NCBI GenBank assembly: GCA_964057225.1
Contig: OZ059895.1
Span: forward strand, 11,656,001-11,720,000
Length of the DNA stretch: 64,000 nucleotides
Direction of reading: 5' to 3'
Source of the DNA: Auanema rhodensis
Taxonomy: Eukaryota > Animalia > Nematoda
Shown here: in pieces, positions 54,845 through 64,000 of the stretch
How positions within the stretch are numbered: position 1 is the stretch's first letter
Layout of the letters: each line of letters starts with the position of its first letter
Notes under the pieces: model-generated
Databases searched by the model: none
What the model was told of the DNA's origin: nothing
Seen by the model: the letters and a program-made list of their open reading frames with translations, nothing else
Position numbers and translations under genes: made by a program

Positions 54845-57800
54845 ATGTTTTCAATTTTCAAGCAGTTTTACTTAGATAGCTCAACCCAAGGCAGCAATTT
54901 ATCTTCAAACTTCACTCTATCTTACAGTTTTAAACCATTAGTTAATGAACCATCATCTTACCTTTACTATTTCTATCTATTTCCTATCAAAACCAACTTT
55001 GTTCAAACACTATACAACTGAGAAGCCTTTTTTAATTTCTTGTATTTGGAGTTCATAAAATTTGATATTATTGAGGGATCCAGATAGAACGTGGAAAATT
55101 ACATAACTAACATGAAATTGGGAAAAAATTATAACGAGGATAAGTATGTGAAACATTGAATATCAGATATTTTCGCTCAGGACCATACCACGTTAAAAAT
55201 ACGGCATGCGGCTGATTTTCAATTTTAACTTTTCTGTAAGAAATGTTTTCAATTTTCAAGCAGTTTTACTTAGATAGCTCAACCCAAGGCAGCAAATTAT
55301 CTTCAATCTTACTTCTATCTTACAGTTATAAACCAGTAGTGAATGAACCATCATCTTACCTTCACTGTTTCTATCTATTTTCTATCAAAAGAAACATTGT
55401 TTAAACACTATACAACTGTGACACCTTTTTTAATTTCTTGTATTTGGAGTTCATAAGATTTGATATCATCGAGGGATCCAGATAGAACGTGGAAAATTAC
55501 ATAACTAACATGAAATTGGGAAAAAATTATAACGAGGATAAGTATGTGAAACATTGAATATCAGATATTTTCGCTTAGGACCATACGACGTTGAAAGTAC
55601 GCCATGCCGCTGATTTTCAATTTTAACTCTTCTGTAACAAATGTTTTCAATTTCCAAGCAGTTTTACTTAGATAGCTCAACCCAAGGCAGCAAATTATCT
55701 TCAATCTTATTTCTATCTTACAGTTATAAACCAGTAGTGAATGAACCATCATCTTAACTTCACTGTTTCTATCTATTTCCTATCAAAAGAAACATTGTTT
55801 AAACACTATACAACTGTGAAACCTTTTTTAATTTCTTGTATTTGGAGATCATAAGATTTGATATCATTGAGGGATCCAGATAGAACGTGGAAAATTACGT
55901 AACTAACATGAAATTGGAAAAAACTATAACGAGGATAAGTATGTGAATCATTGAATATCAGATATTTTCGCTTAGGACCATACCACGTTGAAAGTACGCC
56001 ATGCCGCTGAATTTCAATTTTAACTCTTTTGTAACAAATGTTTTCAATTTTCAAGCAGTTTTACTCAGATAGCTTAACACAAGGCAGCAAATTATCTTCA
56101 ATATTATTTCTATCTTACAGTTATAAACCAATGGTTAATGAACCATCATCATACCTTTACTGTTTCTATCTATTTTCTATCAGAACAAATTTTGTTCAAA
56201 CACTATACAACTGTGAAACCTTTTTTAATTTCTTGTATTTGGAGTTCATAAGATTTGATATCATTGAGGGATCCAGATAGAACGTGGAAAATTACGTAAC
56301 TAACATGAATGTGGGAAAAACTATAACGAGGATAAGTATGTGAATCATTGAATATCAGATATTTTCGCTTAGGACCATACCACGTTTAAAGTTCGCCATG
56401 CCGCTGATTTTCAATTTTAACTCTTCTGTAACAAATGTTTTCAATTTTCAAGCAGTTTTACTTAGATAGCTCAACCCAAGGCAGCAATTTATCTTCAAAC
56501 TTCACTCTATCTTACAGTTTTAAACCATTAGTTAATGAACCATCATCTTACCTTTACTATTTCTATCTATTTCCTATCAAAACCAACTTTGTTCAAACAC
56601 TATACAACTGAGAAGCCTTTTTTAATTTCTTGTATTTGGAGTTCATAAAATTTGATATTATTGAGGGATCCAGATAGAACGTGGAAAATTACATAACTAA
56701 CATGAAATTGGGAAAAAATTATAACGAGGATAAGTATGTGAAACATTGAATATCAGATATTTTCGCTCAGGACCATACCACGTTAAAAATACGGCATGCG
56801 GCTGATTTTCAATTTTAACTTTTCTGTAAGAAATGTTTTCAATTTTCAAGCAGTTTTACTTAGATAGCTCAACCCAAGGCAGCAAATTATCTTCAATCTT
56901 ACTTCTATCTTACAGTTATAAACCAGTAGTGAATGAACCATCATCTTACCTTCACTGTTTCTATCTATTTTCTATCAAAAGAAACATTGTTTAAACACTA
57001 TACAACTGTGACACCTTTTTTAATTTCTTGTATTTGGAGTTCATAAGATTTGATATCATCGAGGGATCCAGATAGAACGTGGAAAATTACATAACTAACA
57101 TGAAATTGGGAAAAAATTATAACGAGGATAAGTATGTGAAACATTGAATATCAGATATTTTCGCTTAGGACCATACGACGTTGAAAGTACGCCATGCCGC
57201 TGATTTTCAATTTTAACTCTTCTGTAACAAATGTTTTCAATTTCCAAGCAGTTTTACTTAGATAGCTCAACCCAAGGCAGCAAATTATCTTCAATCTTAT
57301 TTCTATCTTACAGTTATAAACCAGTAGTGAATGAACCATCATCTTAACTTCACTGTTTCTATCTATTTCCTATCAAAAGAAACATTGTTTAAACACTATA
57401 CAACTGTGAAACCTTTTTTAATTTCTTGTATTTGGAGATCATAAGATTTGATATCATTGAGGGATCCAGATAGAACGTGGAAAATTACGTAACTAACATG
57501 AAATTGGAAAAAACTATAACGAGGATAAGTATGTGAATCATTGAATATCAGATATTTTCGCTTAGGACCATACCACGTTGAAAGTACGCCATGCCGCTGA
57601 ATTTCAATTTTAACTCTTTTGTAACAAATGTTTTCAATTTTCAAGCAGTTTTACTCAGATAGCTTAACACAAGGCAGCAAATTATCTTCAATATTATTTC
57701 TATCTTACAGTTATAAACCAATGGTTAATGAACCATCATCATACCTTTACTGTTTCTATCTATTTTCTATCAGAACAAATTTTGTTCAAACACTATACAA

Positions 57801-60800
57801 CTGTGAAACCTTTTTTAATTTCTTGTATTTGGAGCTCATAAGATCTGATATCATTGAGGGATCCAGATAGAACGTGGAAAATTACGTAACTAACATGAAT
57901 GTGGGAAAAACTATAACGAGGATAAGTATGTGAATCATTGAATATCAGATATTTTCGCTTAGGACCATACCACGTTTAAAGTTCGCCATGCCGCTGATTT
58001 TCAATTTTAACTCTTCTGTAACAAATGTTTTCAATTTTCAAGCAGTTTTACTTAGATAGCTCAACCCAAGGCAGCAATTTATCTTCAAACTTAACTCTAT
58101 CTTACAGTTTTAAACCATTAGTTAATGAACCATCATCTTACCTTTACTATTTCTATCTATTTCCTATCAAAACCAACTTTGTTCAAACACTATACAACTG
58201 AGAAGCCTTTTTTAATTTCTTGTATTTGGAGTTCATAAGATTTGATATCATTGAGGGATCCAGATAGAACGTGGAAAATTACATAACTAACATGAAATTG
58301 GGAAAAAATTATAACGAGGATAAGTATGTGAAACATTGAATATCAGATATTTTCGCTCAGGACCATACCACGTTAAAAGTACGGCATGCGGCTGATTTTC
58401 AATTTTAACTTTTCTGTAACAAATGTTTTCAATTTTCAAGCAGTTTTACTTAGATAGCTCAACCCAAGGCAGCAAATTATCTTTAATCTTACTTCTATCT
58501 TACAGTTGTAAACCAGTAGTGAATGAACCATCATCTTACCTTCACTGTTTCTATCTATTTTCTATCAAAAGAAACATTGTTTAAACACTATACAACTGTG
58601 ACACCTTTTTTAATTTCTTGTATTTAGAGTTCATAAGATTTGATATCATCGAGGGATCCAGATAGAACGTGGAAAATTACATAACTAACATGAAATTGGG
58701 AAAAAATTATAACGAAGATAAGTATGTGAAACATTGAATATCAGATATTTTCGCTTAGGACCATACGACGTTGAAAGTACGCCATGCCGCTGATTTTCAA
58801 TTTTAACTCTTCTGTAACAAATGTTTTCAATTTCCAAGCAGTTTTACTTAGATAGCTCAACCCAAGGCAGCAAATTATCTTCAATCTTATTTCTATCTTA
58901 CAGTTATAAACCAGTAGTGAATGAACCATCATCTTACCTTCACTGTTTCTATCTATTCCCTATCGAAAGAAACACTGTTTAAACACTATACAACTGTGAA
59001 ACCTTTTTTAATTTCTTGTATTTGGAGATCATAAGATTTGATATCATTGAGGGATCCAGATAGAACGTGGAAAATTACGTAACTAACATGAAATTGGAAA
59101 AAACTATAACGAGGATAAGTATGTGAATCATTGAATATCAGATATTTTCGCTTAGGACCATACCACGTTGAAAGTACGCCATGCCGCTGAATTTCAATTT
59201 TAACTCTTTTGTAACAAATGTTTTCAATTTTCAAGCAGTTTTACTCAGATAGCTTAACACAAGGCAGCAAATTATCTTCAATATTATTTCTATCTTACAG
59301 TTATAAACCAATGGTTAATGAACCATCATCATACCTTTACTGTTTCTATCTATTTTCTATCAGAACAAATTTTGTTCAAACACTATACAACTGTGAAACC
59401 TTTTTTAATTTCTTGTATTTGGAGCTCATAAGATCTGATATCATTGAGGGATCCAGATAGAACGTGGAAAATTACGTAACTAACATGAATGTGGGAAAAA
59501 CTATAACGAGGATAAGTATGTGAATCATTGAATATCAGATATTTTCGCTTAGGACCATACCACGTTTAAAGTTCGCCATGCCGCTGATTTTCAATTTTAA
59601 CTCTTCTGTAACAAATGTTTTCAATTTTCAAGCAGTTTTACTTAGATAGCTCAACCCAAGGCAGCAATTTATCTTCAAACTTAACTCTATCTTACAGTTT
59701 TAAACCATTAGTTAATGAACCATCATCTTACCTTTACTATTTCTATCTATTTCCTATCAAAACCAACTTTGTTCAAACACTATACAACTGAGAAGCCTTT
59801 TTTAATTTCTTGTATTTGGAGTTCATAAGATTTGATATCATTGAGGGATCCAGATAGAACGTGGAAAATTACATAACTAACATGAAATTGGGAAAAAATT
59901 ATAACGAGGATAAGTATGTGAAACATTGAATATCAGATATTTTCGCTCAGGACCATACCACGTTAAAAGTACGGCATGCGGCTGATTTTCAATTTTAACT
60001 TTTCTGTAACAAATGTTTTCAATTTTCAAGCAGTTTTACTTAGATAGCTCAACCCAAGGCAGCAAATTATCTTTAATCTTACTTCTATCTTACAGTTGTA
60101 AACCAGTAGTGAATGAACCATCATCTTACCTTCACTGTTTCTATCTATTTTCTATCAAAAGAAACATTGTTTAAACACTATACAACTGTGACACCTTTTT
60201 TAATTTCTTGTATTTGGAGTTCATAAGATTTGATATCATCGAGGGATCCAGATAGAACGTGGAAAATTACATAACTAACATGAAATTGGGAAAAAATTAT
60301 AACGAAGATAAGTATGTGAAACATTGAATATCAGATATTTTCGCTTAGGACCATACGACGTTGAAAGTACGCCATGCCGCTGATTTTCAATTTTAACTCT
60401 TCTGTAACAAATGTTTTCAATTTCCAAGCAGTTTTACTTAGATAGCTCAACCCAAGGCAGCAAATTATCTTCAATCTTATTTCTATCTTACAGTTATAAA
60501 CCAGTAGTGAATGAACCATCATCTTACCTTCACTGTTTCTATCTATTCCCTATCGAAAGAAACACTGTTTAAACACTATACAACTGTGAAACCTTTTTTA
60601 ATTTCTTGTATTTGGAGATCATAAGATTTGATATCATTGAGGGATCCAGATAGAACGTGGAAAATTACGTAACTAACATGAAATTGGAAAAAACTATAAC
60701 GAGGATAAGTATGTGAATCATTGAATATCAGATATTTTCGCTTAGGACCATACCACGTTGAAAGTACGCCATGCCGCTGAATTTCAATTTTAATTCTTTT

Positions 60801-60950
60801 GTAACAAATGTTTTCAATTTTCAAGCAGTTTTACTCAGATAGCTTAACCCAAGGCAGCAAATTATCTTCAATATTATTTCTATCTTACAGTTATAAACCA
60901 ATGGTTAATGAACCATCATCTTACCTTTACTGTTTCTATCTATTTTCTAT
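54845..60950 (+). repeat. 4-monomer higher-order repeat, 1,590 bp (398+398+397+397), ~3.8 copies
   Basis: Offset 1,590 (55561/57151/58741/60331; 56038/57628/59218/60808). Locally restricted variants: cttcaaactt(c/a)actctat, ctgtgacacc, ccaatggtt, catgaatgtggg, cgtttaaagttcgcc. Confidence 0.92.
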
Positions 60951-63900
60951 CAGAACAAATATTGTTCAAACACTATACAACTGTGAAACCTTTTTTGATT
61001 TCTTGTATTTGGAGCTCATAAAATTTGATATCATTGAGGGATCCAGATAGAACGTGGAAAATTACGTAACTAACATGAAATTGGGAAAAAATTATAACGA
61101 GGATAAGTATGTGAAACATTGAATATCAGATATTTTCGCTTAGGACCATACGACGTTGAAAGTACGCCATGCCGCTGATTTTCAATTTTAACTCTTCTGT
61201 AACAAATGTTTTCAATTTTCAAGCAGTTTTACTTAGATAGCTCAACCCAAGGCAGCAAATTATCTTCAATCTTATTTCTATCTTACAGTTATAAACCAGT
61301 AGTGAATGAACCATCATCTTACCTTTACTGTTTCTATCTATTTTCTATCAAAAGAAACATTGTTTAAACACTATACAACTGTGAAACCTTTTTTAATTTC
61401 TTGTATTTGGAGCTCATAAGATTTGATATCATTGAGGGATCCAGATAGAACGTGGAAAATTACATAACTACCATGAAATTGGGAAAAAATTGTAACGAGG
61501 ATAAGTATGTAAATCATTGAATATCAGATATTTTCGCTTACGACCATATCACGTTGAAAGTACGCCATGCCGCTGATTTTCAATTTTAACTCTTCTGTAA
61601 CGAATGTTTTCAATTTTCAAGCAGTTTTACTTAGAAAGCTCAACCCAAGGCAGCAAATTATCTTCAATATTATTTCTATCTTACAGTTATAAACCAATAG
61701 TTAATGAACCATCATCTTACCTTTACTGTTTCTATCTATTTCCTATCGAAAGCAACTTTGTTCAAACACTATACAACTGTGAAACCTTTTTTAATTTCTT
61801 GTATTTGGAGCTCATAAGATTTGATATCATTGAGGGATCCAGATAGAACGTTGAAAATTACGTAACTAACATGAATGTGTGAAAAACTATAACGAGGATA
61901 AGTATGTGAATCATTGAATATCAGATATTTTCGCTTAGGACCATACCACGTTGAAAGTTCGCCATGCCGCAGATTTTCAATTTTAACTCTTCTGTAACAA
62001 ATGTTTTCAATTTTCAAGCAGTTTTACTTAGATAGCTCAACCCAAGGCAGCAATTTATCTTCAAACTTAACTCTATCTTACAGTTTTAAACCATTAGTTA
62101 ATGAACCATCATCTTACCTTTACTATTTCTATCTATTTCCTATCAAAACCAACTTTGTTCAAACACTATACAACTGAGAAGCCTTTTTTAATTTCTTGTA
62201 TTTGGAGTTCATAAGATTTGATATCATTGAGGGATCCAGATAGAACGTGGAAAATTACATAACTAACATGAAATTGGGAAAAAATTATAACGAGGATAAG
62301 TATGTTGAAACATTGAATATCAGATATTTTCGCTCAGGACCATACCACGTTAAAAGTACGGCATGCGGCTGATTTTCAATTTTAACTCTTCTGTAACAAA
62401 TGTTTTCAATTTTCAAGCAGTTTTACTTAGATAGCTCAACCCAAGGCAGCAAATTATCTTCAATCTTATTTCTATCTTACAGTTATAAACCAGTAGTGAA
62501 TGAACCATCATCTTACCTTCACTGTTTCTATCTATTTTCTATCAAAAGAAACATTGTTTAAACACTATACAACTGTGACACCTTTTTTAATTTCTTGTAT
62601 TTGGAGTTCATAAGATTTGATATCATCGAGGGATCCAGATAGAACGTGGAAAATTACATAACTAACATGAAATTGGGCAAAAACTATGACGAGGATAAGT
62701 ATGTGAATCATTGAATATCAGATATTTTCGCTTAGGACCATACCACGTTGAAAGTACGCCATGCCGCTGATTTTCAATTTTAACTCTTTTGTAACAGATG
62801 TTTTCAATTTTCAAGCAGTTTTACTTAGATAGCTCAACCCAAGGCAGCAAATTATCTTCAATATTATTTCTATCTCACAGTTATAAACCAATAGTTAATG
62901 AACCATCATCTTACCCTTACCGTTTCTATCTATTTCCTATCGAAACCAACTTTGTTCAAAAACTATACAACTGTGAAACCTTTTTTAATTTCTTGTATTT
63001 GGAGCTCATAAGATTTGATATCATTGAGGGATCCAGATAGAACGTGGAAAATTACATAACTACCATGAAATTGGGAAAAAATTGTAACGAGGATAAGTAT
63101 GTAAATCAGTGAATATCAGATATTTTCGCTTAGGACCATACCACGTTAAAAGTATGGCATGCGGCTGATTTTCAATTTTAACTCTTCTGTAACAAATGTT
63201 TTCAATTTTCAAGCAGTTTTACTTAGATAGCTCAACCCAAGGCAGCAAATTATCTTCAATATTATTTCTATCTTACAGTTATAAACCAATAGTTAATTAA
63301 CCATCATCTTACCTTCACTGTTTCTATCTATTTCCTATCGAAAGCAACTTTGTTCAAACACTATACAACTGTGAAACCTTTTTTAATTTCTTGTATTTGG
63401 AGCTCATAAGATTTGATATCATTGAGGGATCCAGATAGAACGTGGAAAATTACATAACTAACATGAAATTGGGAAAAAATTATAACGAGGATAAGTATGT
63501 GAAACATTGAATATCAGATATTTTCGCTCAGGACCATACCACGTTAAAAGTACGGCATGCGGCTGATTTTCAATTTTAACTTTTCTGTAACAAATGTTTT
63601 CAATTTTCAAGCAGTTTTACTTAGATAGCTCAACCCAAGGCAGCAAATTATCTTCAATCTTACTTCTATCTTACAGTTGTAAACCAATAGTTAATGAACC
63701 ATCATCTTACCCTTACCGTTTCTATCTATTTCATATCGAAACCAACTTTGTTCAAAAACTATACAACTGTGAAACCTTTTTTAATTTCTTGTATTTGGAG
63801 CTCATAAGATTTGATATCATTAAGGGATCCAGATAGAACGTAGAAAATTACATAACTACCATGAAATTGGGAAAAAATTGTAACGAGGATAAGTATGTAA

Positions 63901-64000
63901 ATCATTGAATATCAGATATTTTCGCTTACGACCATACCACGTTGAAAGAATGCCATGCCGCTGATTTTCAATTTTAACTCTTCTGTAACGAATGTTTCCA

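Larger units (their letters stand above)
1..64000 (+). repeat. Tandem satellite DNA array, 398-bp monomer, ~161 head-to-tail copies, continuing beyond both window edges
   Basis: Landmarks (aacccaaggcagcaa; ctatacaactg; gggatccagatagaacg; ttgaatatcagatatt) recur every 398 bp. ORF starts at 719, 1117, 1515, 1913 and onward differ by 398, occasionally 397 or 399. No unique sequence or orientation switch was seen. Confidence 0.99.

Noticed and set aside
89-62017. Minus-strand 62-82 aa ORFs
   Set aside because: They appear only when a 1-bp indel or SNP happens to open the frame in certain monomer classes, and they overlap the plus frame. They are chance ORFs.
719-63836. Plus-strand 73-80 aa ORFs as a tandem gene family
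   Set aside because: They are copies of one frame in the satellite monomer, with frequent stops and frameshifts, mostly nonsynonymous variation, and no recognisable domain or gene context.
1-64000. CRISPR array or repeat-spacer system
   Set aside because: There are no unique spacers; the entire 398 bp is repeated, and there are no cas-like genes.
1-64000. 5S rDNA, tRNA or snRNA tandem gene array, or a transposon insertion
   Set aside because: I saw no recognisable 5S, tRNA or snRNA sequence or Pol III boxes, and no break in periodicity, terminal repeats or target-site duplications.
1-64000. Assignment to a named satellite family or species
   Set aside because: I do not recognise the monomer; a database search of the consensus is required.

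Overview
The whole 64 kb window is one uninterrupted head-to-tail tandem array of an AT-rich (about 31% GC, counted by hand on one monomer) 398-bp satellite DNA monomer. There are about 161 copies, all in the same orientation and 397-399 bp long. It looks like eukaryotic centromeric or pericentromeric satellite, but I cannot name the family or host from sequence alone. I found no genuine genes, RNA genes, transposons or CRISPR arrays; the ~160 ORFs in the track are copies of a few short frames inside the monomer. The informative signal is the higher-order structure read from diagnostic variants. It includes an underlying ~5-monomer cycle (A-B-C-D-E/F), in-register duplications of 1, 5, 7, 11 and 49 monomers (the last a near-identical 19,504-bp tandem duplication), and a separate 4-monomer (1,590-bp) higher-order repeat near the right end. 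A homogenised core is flanked by more diverged monomers. Many diagnostic variants are CpG/TpG or CpG/CpA pairs. All comparisons were made by eye and from ORF-track offsets, so boundaries are approximate unless a base is cited.
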